Assembly: GCA_034718215.1 (NCBI GenBank)
Contig: JAYEMR010000067.1
Location: forward strand, 1 to 59,799
Source of the DNA: Chloroflexota bacterium
Lineage (GTDB): Bacteria > Chloroflexota > Anaerolineae > JAYEMR01
DNA: 59,799 bases
Direction of reading: 5' to 3'
The number at the start of each line of letters is the position of its first letter. Position 1 is the first letter of the stretch. This document shows, in pieces, positions 25,469 to 34,298 of the stretch. Below the pieces are notes generated by a model. That model did not search any database. It saw only the letters and a program-made list of their open reading frames with translations, and was not told where the DNA came from. Made by a program: the position numbers and the translations under genes.

Positions 25469-25903
25469 TTAGGGATCACAACAGGGGCCTGGATAAGGCG
25501 GCCCCCAGGGTATCCTCAAACACTGGCAGGCGTAGATGCAATCGGGGTTCCAGAGATTGTTGGCCCTGGCGATGGCATAGGGGTTGACATTATACTTACG
25601 CCCGATGGAGAAAAGGGTCTCACCAGACTTTACATGGTGACAACGCCCTACAGGCCCAGGTTTCGGGATCCTCAACCACTGGCAGGCGTAGATGCGATTG
25701 GGATTCCAGAGATTGTTGGCCCTGGCTATGTCATAGGGATTTACACCGTACTGACGCCCGATGGAGAAGAGGGTCTCTCCCCAACGCACATGGTGATAAC
25801 TTGGGTTGCCTGAGGGTGGGGCTGCATGTCCGATGGGGACGACGAACAGTTGAAGAGCTAGCACAACGCTTAATACGACTAATATCTTGCGGGTCCTAAG
25901 CAT
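25469..25903 (-). CDS. secreted protein with two LysM domains
   Basis: Signal-like N-terminus, then two ~45-aa repeats (VRWGETLFSIGRQYGVNPYDIARANNLWNPNRIYACQWLRIP and a paralogous copy). Confidence 0.85.
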   Translation of the reverse strand: MLRTRKILVVLSVVLALQLFVVPIGHAAPPSGNPSYHHVRWGETLFSIGRQYGVNPYDIARANNLWNPNRIYACQWLRIPKPGPVGRCHHVKSGETLFSIGRKYNVNPYAIARANNLWNPDCIYACQCLRIPWGPPYPGPCCDP

Positions 25904-26042
25904 GATCTACTCCTTTCAGCAATGAGACAGGTATGCCCATGCATCTCCTGAGACGAGTATAGTATACAACTGATTTGTCAGGCGCGCAAATCGCTTTGCG
26001 AAGCTGGGCCTCCCTGCGCAGACATGAGCACAGGCATTAAGC

Positions 26043-26978
26043 TCAATCCAACGTATCAGGGCAGCAGGTTCTGATCAACTCCAGTGAGGCATGAGCCTCC
26101 TCTATGGTCAGCTCAAAGATCACCGGGCCGGTGAAGTCAGCCTCCTGGAGCTGCCCCAGGAACCACTCTATCGCCAGATCGCCGTAGCCAAGGGGCAGAT
26201 GATCGGCCACGCGCACTGAACCGTCGGGGGCCTGCCGGTGGTAGGCATCGTGCAGATGCACCTCCGCCAGGCGAGGGAAGATGCGCGCCAGGGCTTCCTC
26301 CAGCGTCACATCGCCTGAATATCCAGCTAGCAGGTGGCCGATGTCCAGACACACCGATAGGTCGAACTCCTCAGCCAGCTCCAGTGTCAACTCGAGCGGA
26401 AACTCAATATTCTCGACCGCCAGCCTCCGCGGCGGAAGCCCGGTGCAATCCAGCAGTCTTTTTATGCTGCGCCGAGCCTGCTCCTGGAACATGCGCAGGA
26501 CCAAGGGACGCACCGGCTCCAGGGCGGCCATGCTGCTGAACTCCGATGCCAGCGCACCTGTGGCGTGCAGCACGTAGACCTCAGGTTCCAGGGAGGCCAT
26601 CCGCAGTATTCCATCCACCAGCGCCTCCACCGATCCCCGGCGCACAGGCTGGACGGGTGTGGAAGGTTCCACCGACCACAAGGGCAGGTGCAGAGTATAG
26701 CTCAGGCCGCGCGACTCCTTCAGCATCCGTAGGCGGTTCACCGAGGGCAGATTGAGGCATCGGGGGAAGAAGATCATCAGATCGGGGTTGAGTTCAATCA
26801 GATCGAAGCCCATATCGGCCACACGCTCCACTGTGGAAGCCACATCCAGCGAGAGTCCCGCCGGCTCGACATCCGACGCGGGCTCACTTGCTCCCAGCGC
26901 CTGCTCCATCAGCAGATCCGGCTGCATCAATTCAATACCAAAGCGCAGCACGGGTTCCACTCCTTTTCCAACCATCAA
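26043..26978 (-). CDS. xylose-isomerase-like TIM-barrel (AP endonuclease 2 superfamily) protein
   Basis: 311 aa: GFDLIEL...HLPLW...LAVENIEF...LDIGH...VHLHD. Confidence 0.7.
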   Translation of the reverse strand: MMVGKGVEPVLRFGIELMQPDLLMEQALGASEPASDVEPAGLSLDVASTVERVADMGFDLIELNPDLMIFFPRCLNLPSVNRLRMLKESRGLSYTLHLPLWSVEPSTPVQPVRRGSVEALVDGILRMASLEPEVYVLHATGALASEFSSMAALEPVRPLVLRMFQEQARRSIKRLLDCTGLPPRRLAVENIEFPLELTLELAEEFDLSVCLDIGHLLAGYSGDVTLEEALARIFPRLAEVHLHDAYHRQAPDGSVRVADHLPLGYGDLAIEWFLGQLQEADFTGPVIFELTIEEAHASLELIRTCCPDTLD

Positions 26979-26985
26979 CCATCGC

Positions 26986-27924
26986 TCATATCTCCCTCTC
27001 CACCTCCTGCAGGAAAGCCTCTACCTTCTCCCGGCTGGGCAGCGATGGCTGAGCGCCCAGCTTGGTGGTCGTCAGTGCACCGGCAGCGTTGGCGAATCGG
27101 AGTGCCTCCGTCAAGGGCTGACCTTCGCAGACTGCCACGCCGAAGGCGGCCACGAAGGCATCCCCCGCTGCGGTGGTGTCCACCACCTCCACCGAGAAAG
27201 CGGGGATCGAGGTCATGCCCTGGGAGGAGATGGCCAGTGCCCCCTGTGCCCCCAGGGTGAGGATCACTACCTCGATGCCTTGAGCCCGCAGATGAGTGGC
27301 CGCCCGCTCCGCGCTGCGTTGATCCGTAACCTTAAAACCGGACAGCGCCGCGGCCTCGAACTCGTTGGGAATGAGGTAGTCCACGCTCTGCAGAATCGAG
27401 GCTGGCGGTGGTTTGCTCGGCGCTGGAGCGGGGTTGAGGATCACCGGCACATCGAGCTCGCGGGCCACCTCCACAGCGCGCTGCACGGTGGGGATGGGGA
27501 TCTCCAGTTGAAGGAGCACCCCATCGGAGGCCTCAATGGCCGGACGTGCGGCCTCTACATCGTCTGGAGTGAGCTGGCCATTGGCGCCGGCTATGACCAC
27601 GATGGAGTTTTGGCCCTGGGTGTCCACGATGATAAGCGCAGTCCCCGTCGGCGCCTCCTCATCGGTGATCAGGAAATCGGTCCTGATGCCCAGCGCCTCC
27701 ATGGACCGGCGCTGCATCCGTCCGAAGCTGTCATCCCCCACCCGTCCCACCATCGTCACCTGGGCTCCCAGCTTGGCCGCTGCCACAGCCTGGTTGGCCC
27801 CCTTGCCTCCGGGGACAGTGTGGAATCCGTGGCCGGCGATCGTCTCCCCTGGGGCGGGCATCCGAGGGGCCTGTACCACCAGGTCAATGTTCAGGCTACC
27901 GATGACGGTGATCTTGGGTGGCAT
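26986..27924 (-). CDS. rbsK: ribokinase
   Basis: GGKGANQAVAAAKLG, NEFE and DTTAAGDAF motifs. Confidence 0.85.
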   Translation of the reverse strand: MPPKITVIGSLNIDLVVQAPRMPAPGETIAGHGFHTVPGGKGANQAVAAAKLGAQVTMVGRVGDDSFGRMQRRSMEALGIRTDFLITDEEAPTGTALIIVDTQGQNSIVVIAGANGQLTPDDVEAARPAIEASDGVLLQLEIPIPTVQRAVEVARELDVPVILNPAPAPSKPPPASILQSVDYLIPNEFEAAALSGFKVTDQRSAERAATHLRAQGIEVVILTLGAQGALAISSQGMTSIPAFSVEVVDTTAAGDAFVAAFGVAVCEGQPLTEALRFANAAGALTTTKLGAQPSLPSREKVEAFLQEVEREI

Positions 27925-28019
27925 TTGCTATTCCTCGTCAAGAAAGCACTCAGCCATCAGCGGTCAGCTATCACTCCACATGTCTCTTGGCTGATAGCTG
28001 ATCGCTGACCACTGGATGC

Positions 28020-29039
28020 TTACTCCAACTCGATGGGGCTGGAGAGCAACGCGGTTAGAAGCTTGACCGCGTTCAGGACGTCGCTGTAATCCACTATCTC
28101 CGAGGGAGAATGCACGTAGCGGCAGGGAATGGAGAGGCATCCCGTGGGAACACCTGCTCTCGTAGTCTGGATGACGCGGGCGTCAGTGGTGCCTCGCTCC
28201 AGGACCTCCAACTGATAGGGTATGTCGTGCTCCTCAGCGGTCCTCACCAAGAGTTCCTTGACAGCAGGATGGGTGATCATCCCCCTGTCCTTGACTTTGA
28301 TGGCTGGCCCCTTCCCAAGCTCCACAGCCATGGTCGCCGACTCAGGGGTATCGCCGGTGGAGGTCACATCTACGGCGACGCCCAGATCAGGGTCCAGGCC
28401 GTAGGCCGAGGTCTGGGCTCCCCTCAGCCCCACCTCCTCTTGCACACTGAAGACAAAGGAGACCTCATGAGGTATCTCCTTGCCCTTCAGCTCTCGCATA
28501 ACGCCTATCTGCACCGCGCAGCCGATGCGGTCGTCGAAGGCTTTGGCAATGAGCCGTTCTCCTCCATCCTCAAAGGGGCGCAGGAAGCAGGCCACATCCC
28601 CCACCTCCACAGGGCAATCATCCCTAGAGGTAGCTCCTACGTCAATGTAGAACTTTTCCAGCGGCGGCACTTTGCTGGAATCCTCCAGCTTCTCCAGGCT
28701 GATGGCCCCCACCGTGCCATTCTCGAACAGCACCCGCCCGCCGGACAAGTTCAGCCTTCTCACGCCTCCCATCGGCTGGAAGCGACAGAACCCCTTCTCG
28801 TCCACGTGGCTGACGATGACGCCGATCTCATCCATATGGGCGGAGAGCATCAGTTTCTGGGCTTCCTCGGACCCATGCCGGATGGCGATCAGGTTGCCCA
28901 AGGCGTCGCTACGCACCTCATCGGCCAGCCCCTCGATCTCGCTCTGAATTAGCTCTCGGACACGGCCCTCGTACCCGGCGGGGCCGTAGGTCTCGACCAA
29001 CTTTCTGATCAATTCTCTCAAGTGAATTTCTCCTTTCAA
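28020..29039 (-). CDS. M42 family metallopeptidase (FrvX-like aminopeptidase/endoglucanase)
   Basis: LVETYGPAGYE, SAHMDEIG, DDRIGC, QEEVGLRGA. The likely true start is the TTG at 29021, preceded by AAAGGAG. Confidence 0.85.
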   Translation of the reverse strand: MKGEIHLRELIRKLVETYGPAGYEGRVRELIQSEIEGLADEVRSDALGNLIAIRHGSEEAQKLMLSAHMDEIGVIVSHVDEKGFCRFQPMGGVRRLNLSGGRVLFENGTVGAISLEKLEDSSKVPPLEKFYIDVGATSRDDCPVEVGDVACFLRPFEDGGERLIAKAFDDRIGCAVQIGVMRELKGKEIPHEVSFVFSVQEEVGLRGAQTSAYGLDPDLGVAVDVTSTGDTPESATMAVELGKGPAIKVKDRGMITHPAVKELLVRTAEEHDIPYQLEVLERGTTDARVIQTTRAGVPTGCLSIPCRYVHSPSEIVDYSDVLNAVKLLTALLSSPIELE

Positions 29040-29172
29040 AGTGTCTGAACAGATGAAAGCTTAGAGTCAACCCGCAGCTTGCCGCGGAGCATTCTCGCAT
29101 CTTTTCCGAAAGAATGTCCACCCACATTTTACAACAGAGGCGTGGCTTGGCAAGAGATCCTCATAACCCGCT

Positions 29173-29201
29173 TTGCCAGGCGCCTCGATATGAAGTATAA
29201 T
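29173..29201 (+). promoter_or_regulatory. sigma-70-type promoter for the response-regulator gene
   Basis: TTGCCA (29173-29178), 17 nt, TATAAT (29196-29201). Confidence 0.5.
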
Positions 29202-29287
29202 AGGCCCAGGCTGAATTAGCTCACCAATCTCTCTCCCCCTAATATAAGTGTTCATTCTTCAGCATTATTCAATCGAATTGGAAAACA

Positions 29288-29965
29288 ATGCCTGCCCATA
29301 TTCTTATCATTCAAGAACCTGGGTCCTCCCGACATGGTCTCCCACGGCTTATAGAAGCGGAGAGAAGATATCGAGCCTGGACAATCGAGCTAGAGCAGGC
29401 TGAAAACTCCCTGTTTATGGACCTGCCTGATCTAGTCGTCGTCAACATTAAACGACTGAATACGGACACCCGTTCCTCTTGCCAGAAGATATGCCAGCAG
29501 GTCGAGAGCCTCATGGTACCATTGATACTCTTAACCGACGGTTGCGATGAAATGGGCCTGCCTCAGGAACCGAACGCCTGCCTAGTGCCCCCTCTGCCCT
29601 TCGGCCAACTTGCGACGGTGATCAAAATGCTCCTCGAGGATAATGAGACCCATATCCTAGCAGTCGGCGGTATGCGTCTTCATTTGGATACCCATCAGCT
29701 TTACTGCTCCAGCGGCAGCTATTATCTTCCCCCCAAGGAGTTCCATCTCCTAGAGACATTTCTAAGACACCCTGCCCGCGTGCTCTCTCGTCGCTTCCTG
29801 ATGCGTGAGGTGTGGGAGACGGATTTTGTAGGCGATACTAGTACTCTGTATGTACACATCCACTGGCTTAGGAAGAAGATAGAGCCCGACCTCAGTGAGC
29901 CTCGCTATCTGAGAACGGTGCGTGGGGTGGGGTATCGGTTTTCGCCAGTATTGCCGGAGCCCTGA
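29288..29965 (+). CDS. OmpR/PhoB-family winged-helix regulator with a degenerate (pseudo-)receiver domain
   Basis: The C-terminal Trans_reg_C domain is intact (LPPKEFHLLETFLRHPARVLSR...LRTVRGVGYRF). The receiver lacks the acidic pocket (ILIIQEPG instead of DD) and has DLVVVNIKR where the phospho-acceptor D is expected. Confidence 0.75.
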   Translation: MPAHILIIQEPGSSRHGLPRLIEAERRYRAWTIELEQAENSLFMDLPDLVVVNIKRLNTDTRSSCQKICQQVESLMVPLILLTDGCDEMGLPQEPNACLVPPLPFGQLATVIKMLLEDNETHILAVGGMRLHLDTHQLYCSSGSYYLPPKEFHLLETFLRHPARVLSRRFLMREVWETDFVGDTSTLYVHIHWLRKKIEPDLSEPRYLRTVRGVGYRFSPVLPEP

Positions 29966-30006
29966 TGTCCATTTGGGTGTGGCTCAAACGGATTGGAGAT
30001 AGTCAT

Positions 30007-30034
30007 CTGCCTGCACCTGATCAGGCACAGGTGG
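30007..30034. repeat. palindromic repeat unit downstream of the regulator gene
   Basis: ctgcctgcacctgatcaggcacaggtgg. Confidence 0.8.
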
Positions 30035-30105
30035 CAATGGCCCTATCCCAACTCTCCTGTCTGCCGATACAGCCAGGAAGGGTACGCTGTCAAATCTAGG
30101 TGAGA

Positions 30106-30867
30106 TCAATCCACGAACCGATACTTTAACAGGGTCCATAATACGATGAAAGCGTCTCGCCAGGTGATCTTTTTCCCTTCCTGATACTCTCGGCCGGCGT
30201 AGGAGATGGGTACCTCGTAGATGCGGTATCCGCGTTTCAATATCTTAGCCGTGATCTCGGGGTCAAACCCCCAGCGGGCGGATTTCAGTTGAATCTGGTC
30301 CGCGACCTCGCGGGTAAAGACCTTGTAGCAGGTCTCCACATCGCTTAGGATGGTATCGTACAGGATGTTGGCTGTCAAAGTGAAAAGTTTATTGCCTACC
30401 ATGTGCCAAAAGAACATAGTCCGCCGGGGGGCCCCCAAGAAGCGGGAGCCATACACCACCTGTGCTCGCCCCTCCAGGATGGGCTGGAGCAGGGTTGGAT
30501 AGTCGCGGGGATCGTATTCCAGGTCCGCGTCCTGGATGAGCATCACATCGCCGGTGGCCTGCTCCAAGGCCGTCTGCACCGCAGCTCCCTTGCCTCGATT
30601 TCGTTGGTGACGGAAGACGCGTAGATCACCATTGACTGCTTGTTCCTCAGCCAGCAGTTCCTGCGTGCCGTCGGTGGAGCAGTCGTCCACCACGATGATC
30701 TCTTTTTCATCAAACCCCTCTAGCCGCACCATTCCCACGCGTGATAAGATGTCCCGGATAGTAGCTTGCTCATTGTAGGCCGGGATAAGAATTGAAAGCT
30801 TCAACAGGACCTCCCTTGAACATACTAGACGGCCCGGCATTATAATCCCTCGCCCCATTTCTGGCAA
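30106..30867 (-). CDS. family 2 glycosyltransferase (polyprenol-phosphate sugar transferase-like)
   Basis: LSILIPAYNE...VVDDCSTDGT...IQDADLEYDP. Start uncertain. Confidence 0.85.
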   Translation of the reverse strand: MPEMGRGIIMPGRLVCSREVLLKLSILIPAYNEQATIRDILSRVGMVRLEGFDEKEIIVVDDCSTDGTQELLAEEQAVNGDLRVFRHQRNRGKGAAVQTALEQATGDVMLIQDADLEYDPRDYPTLLQPILEGRAQVVYGSRFLGAPRRTMFFWHMVGNKLFTLTANILYDTILSDVETCYKVFTREVADQIQLKSARWGFDPEITAKILKRGYRIYEVPISYAGREYQEGKKITWRDAFIVLWTLLKYRFVD

Positions 30868-30875
30868 ATGAGGTG

Positions 30876-30904
30876 TTGACTTTTAGGCCCACCTGATATA
30901 TACT
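30876..30904 (+). promoter_or_regulatory. sigma-70-type promoter for trxA
   Basis: TTGACT (30876-30881), 17 nt, TATACT (30899-30904). Confidence 0.45.
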
Positions 30905-30945
30905 CTCCTCCTACAGGTGCCTGGTACAGACGGAAGGGGAAGTTT

Positions 30946-31278
30946 ATGAGCAAATCTTTTATCGTGAACGATGGCGCCTTCGAGGCCGAGGTACTTCAGG
31001 CCGATGAACTGGTGCTGACTGATTTCTGGGCCGAGTGGTGTGTGCCTTGTCGCATGGTAGAGCCTCTGCTGGATAAGATAGAAGCCAAGTACGCCGACCA
31101 GCTGAAGGTGGTCAGGATAGATGCGGATTCAGCGCAAGAACTGACCGGTCAGCTTGGAATAATGAGCATCCCTACACTCATCCTATTCAAGAATGGACAG
31201 CCGCTGGAACGCTTAACGGGGTCTAACTGTACCAGAGAGAGGAAGCTGCTGGAGAGGATCGTCCCCCATTTGACTTGA
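30946..31278 (+). CDS. trxA: thioredoxin (active site WCVPC)
   Basis: 110 aa: VLTDFWAEWCVPCRMVEP...MSIPTLILFKNG. Confidence 0.9.
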   Translation: MSKSFIVNDGAFEAEVLQADELVLTDFWAEWCVPCRMVEPLLDKIEAKYADQLKVVRIDADSAQELTGQLGIMSIPTLILFKNGQPLERLTGSNCTRERKLLERIVPHLT

Positions 31279-31303
31279 CATCTGCAGCATTTTGTGCTAT
31301 AAT
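31275..31303 (+). promoter_or_regulatory. consensus sigma-70 promoter driving the T-box leader
   Basis: TTGACA (31275-31280), 17 nt, TATAAT (31298-31303). It overlaps the trxA stop codon. Confidence 0.6.
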
Positions 31304-31309
31304 TGTAAG

Positions 31310-31645
31310 CAACATATTTAGGAAAGACTGTGAACAGGAAAAGTAGCCATCAAGGCGAGGTCCAGAGAGTCGGGGGTAGGTGGAAGCCCGATACCGGTGC
31401 GGATGGTGAATGGGCCTGGGAGTTGCGGCGCCGAGGGGGAGTTTAGTAGGCGCCGCCGGAGTCGCCACCGTTATCAGGGCTGAGGGTATCGGATAGCGTT
31501 GTCGGCTATCCCGTACCTGCGAAGAGTGAGGCTGGCTCACACTATCCGCCGTTCACCGGCGGATTTTTGTATTGGGCGGCCTAAAGTGGGTGGCACCACG
31601 GGAGAAACCCTCTCGTCCCTTCAGTTGGGGCGGGAGGGTTTTTTT
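31310..31645 (+). promoter_or_regulatory. T-box riboswitch leader (tRNA-sensing), presumably Trp-specific
   Basis: Stem I distal motifs AGAGAGTCGGGGGTAGGTGGAAGCCCG. T-box sequence AAAGTGGGTGGCACCACGGG (31583-31602). Terminator CCCTCTCGTCCC-ttcagtt-GGGGCGGGAGGG plus T7. Candidate specifier GAA-UGG-G at 31411-31413. The UGGC bulge fits a G73 discriminator. Confidence 0.8.
31608..31645 (+). terminator. intrinsic terminator of the T-box leader
   Basis: 12-bp GC-rich stem (two mismatches), 7-nt loop and a TTTTTTT tract (31639-31645). Confidence 0.8.
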
Positions 31646-31650
31646 GGTTC

Positions 31651-31742
31651 GGGTGCGTTTCGAACAGGTTGGTAGGGGCGGGCCTTGCGCCCACCCTGGG
31701 CACCCGCAAGAGGTGCCCTTACAACCCAAATGAAATACACCC
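31651..31742. repeat. 92-nt structured repeat, copy 2
   Basis: Same architecture as 3085-3176. It sits between the T-box terminator and the trpE RBS, 22 nt before the ATG, sense to trpE. Confidence 0.85.
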
Positions 31743-31764
31743 TTTTGGTTCAGGGAAAGAGAAG

Positions 31765-33085
31765 ATGTATCGTCCAACTTTGGAAGAGGTCAAGGGGCTG
31801 AGCGGCCAGGGCAACACCGTCCCTGTCTATCGAGAGCTCCCCGCCGACCTGGAGACGCCGGTCTCGGTGTACCTCAAGCTTCGAGGGGAGGGACCCTCCT
31901 TCCTGCTGGAGAGCGTGGAGCGAGCAGAGCAGATGGGCCGCTACTCCTTCGTGGGCCTGGATCCCACGGCCAGCCTCATCGCCCGAGGGGATCGGGTCCT
32001 GATTATGGGGCGAGAGGGCACACGGACGGAAAGGCTCGAGGGCCGGGACCCGTTGCACGTGACGGCCGAGTTTGTGCATCCCCATCGGTCGGTGGCACTG
32101 CCAGGGGTGCCCAGCTTCCACGGCGGAGCTGTGGGGTATCTGGCCTACGACATGGTGCGCTTCTTCGAGCCCAAGTTGCAGGCCATGGCCCCACCCTCCA
32201 CCGGATTCGAATGGCCGGAGGCGGTCTTTCTGCTGACAGATACACTGGTGGTCTTCGACCATGTGCGGCATCGGCTGTTGGTGGTATCTAACGTCCATCT
32301 GGACGGCGAGGTGGAATCAGCCTACGAAAAGGTAGTGGCCGACATCGAGGCCTTGGTAGAGCGGCTCGGTCAACCTCTGCCTGCACCTCGGCCATCAGGA
32401 GGCCAAGACAGCGGCCAGCTCCAGTCCAACTTCAGCCAGGCGGACTTTGAGGCCGCGGTTCAGAAAGCCAAGGAATACATCGCCGCTGGCGACATCTTCC
32501 AGGTGGTGCTCTCCCAACGGCTGCAGCGCTGGACGGGGGCCGATCCCTTCTCCATCTACCGCGCCCTGCGCATGCTCAACCCCTCGCCCTACATGTTCTA
32601 CTTGGAGCTTCCCGAGGGGCTGCGCCTCATCGGCTCCTCGCCGGAGATGCTGGTGCGGCTGGAGGATGGCCAAGCCCAGGTGCGGCCCCTGGCCGGAACC
32701 CGACCGCGAGGCAGCACCCCTCAGGAGGATGAGGCTCTGGCAGAGGAACTTCTGGCTGACCCCAAGGAGCGGGCCGAGCACGTGATGCTGGTGGACCGGC
32801 ACCGTCTCCGGCGCGCCCAAGGTGCGGGCCATGAAGATCATTGACGAGCTGGAGGGGGAACGGCGGGGACCTTACGCCGGGGCGGTGGACTATTTCTCCT
32901 ACTCGGGCAGCATGGACACCTGCATCACCATCCGCACCATCTTCTTCAAGAATCAGACCGCGTTCCTGCAGGCTGGAGCAGGGATTGTGGCCGATTCCGA
33001 TCCAGCTCGCGAGTATGAGGAGACGCTGCACAAGGCCTAGGCCCTGGCCGAGGCGATTGAGCGGGCGGAGCAAGACACGCTGTGA
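31765..33085 (+). pseudogene. trpE: anthranilate synthase component I, disrupted (internal deletion with frameshift, plus premature TAG)
   Basis: Conserved up to ...[11 protein letters not shown] (about 32796). The sequence then jumps, in the +1 frame, to [30 protein letters not shown]. The ~60-aa LGRNDL...SHV...FPA block is missing. A TAG at 33038-33040 is followed in frame by ALAEAIERAEQDTL and a TGA at 33083-33085. Confidence 0.85.
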
Positions 33086-33157
33086 GGGAGGACTGCAATG
33101 TTCAAGATCGACTTTCTTCGATGGGAGATCGCCCGGATAAGGTGGGTGGAGGCACTG

Positions 33158-33691
33158 ATGAGGTCTCTTCTCGCCGGGGCTCTCACCGCCCTGGGAGCGC
33201 GGATCGCCGTGCCGCTGCCGGGTACGCCTGTGCCCATGACGCTGCAGGTGTTAGGCGTGCTGCTAGCCGGGATGATCCTGGACGGTAAAAGAGGCGCGCT
33301 GGGACAGCTCCTCTATCTAGCGGCGGGGGTAGCTGGTCTACCCGTGTTCGCCTCCACCGCCGGACCTCAGGCGCTTCTCGGGCCGACGGGCGGATACCTA
33401 ATCGCCTTCCCGGCAGCAGCTTTCATCGTCGGCGCGCTCTCCCATCGCTTCAACCATCTCGCCGGCCGCCTGCTGGCGGCCCTGGCCGGCGTAGGGGCGA
33501 TCTACGCCGGAGGGACCTTATGGCTGGCCCTCTGGCTGGGGGCAGCCGAGGACCCATGGGGTATAGCCCTGGCGCGCGCCTGGCGGCTGGGGGCGGTTCC
33601 CTTCATCCTGGTAGACCTGGCCAAGAGCCTGTTAGCCGCCCTCATCGCCGGGAGATTTACGACAATGAGCGACACAAAGGAGGAACGATGA
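33158..33691 (+). CDS. BioY-family membrane transporter (ECF S-component-like) embedded in the trp operon
   Basis: PLPGTPVPMTLQVLGVLLAGMILDGKRGA...YLAAGVAGLPVFA...LLGPTGGYLIAFP, the BioY hallmark. GGAGG lies 5 nt before ATG 33158 (an in-frame ATG also exists at 33098). The stop overlaps the trpG ATG (ATGA). Confidence 0.8.
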   Translation: MRSLLAGALTALGARIAVPLPGTPVPMTLQVLGVLLAGMILDGKRGALGQLLYLAAGVAGLPVFASTAGPQALLGPTGGYLIAFPAAAFIVGALSHRFNHLAGRLLAALAGVGAIYAGGTLWLALWLGAAEDPWGIALARAWRLGAVPFILVDLAKSLLAALIAGRFTTMSDTKEER

Positions 33692-34287
33692 TCGTCGTGA
33701 TAGATAACTATGATTCCTTCACCTACAACCTGGTGCAGTATCTGGGCAAGTTGGGAGCGCAGATGCGGGTCTTCCGCAACGATCAGGTGACGCTGAAGGA
33801 GATTGAGGCACTGAAGCCCACCCACATCGTCATCTCCCCCGGGCCGGGTACTCCCGACGATGGCGGCATCTCCAATGATGTAATCCGACACTTTCATCAA
33901 AGGATACCGATCCTGGGGGTGTGCTTGGGGCATCAGTGCATTGGCCATGCCTTCGGTGCTAAGGTAGGGCGGGCGGGGCGCATCATGCACGGCAAGACCT
34001 CCCTGATCCACCCCGGGGATCATCCTATCTTCGAGGGAGTGTCAAATCCCTTCGAGGCGACCCGCTATCACTCCCTCGCGGTGGAGGAGCCGCTGCCGGA
34101 GGACCTGATGCCCATCGCCCGCACCGCGGAGGGGGAGCTGATGGGGCTGTGCCATCGGCGCTATCCGGCCATTGGACTGCAGTTTCACCCTGAGTCCATC
34201 CTGACTCGGGAGGGGAAGCGCATTCTGCGCAACTTCCTGGGAATGGGAGGGGAGATGAGGCAGCCCCCCTCACTGCCCTGCGGCTGA
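33688..34287 (+). CDS. trpG: anthranilate synthase component II (glutamine amidotransferase)
   Basis: MIVVIDNYDSFTYNLVQYL...GVCLGHQ...FHPES. The last ~15 codons (GMGGEMRQPPSLPCG) are not TrpG-like. Confidence 0.9.
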   Translation: MIVVIDNYDSFTYNLVQYLGKLGAQMRVFRNDQVTLKEIEALKPTHIVISPGPGTPDDGGISNDVIRHFHQRIPILGVCLGHQCIGHAFGAKVGRAGRIMHGKTSLIHPGDHPIFEGVSNPFEATRYHSLAVEEPLPEDLMPIARTAEGELMGLCHRRYPAIGLQFHPESILTREGKRILRNFLGMGGEMRQPPSLPCG

Positions 34288-34298
34288 AGGGGGAGACG

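Noticed and set aside
25515-25800. Two ~130-nt segments, about 85% identical, that could be a DGR template/variable repeat pair.
   Set aside because: They are the two LysM domains of one gene. The differences are not adenine-specific, and no reverse transcriptase or accessory gene is nearby.
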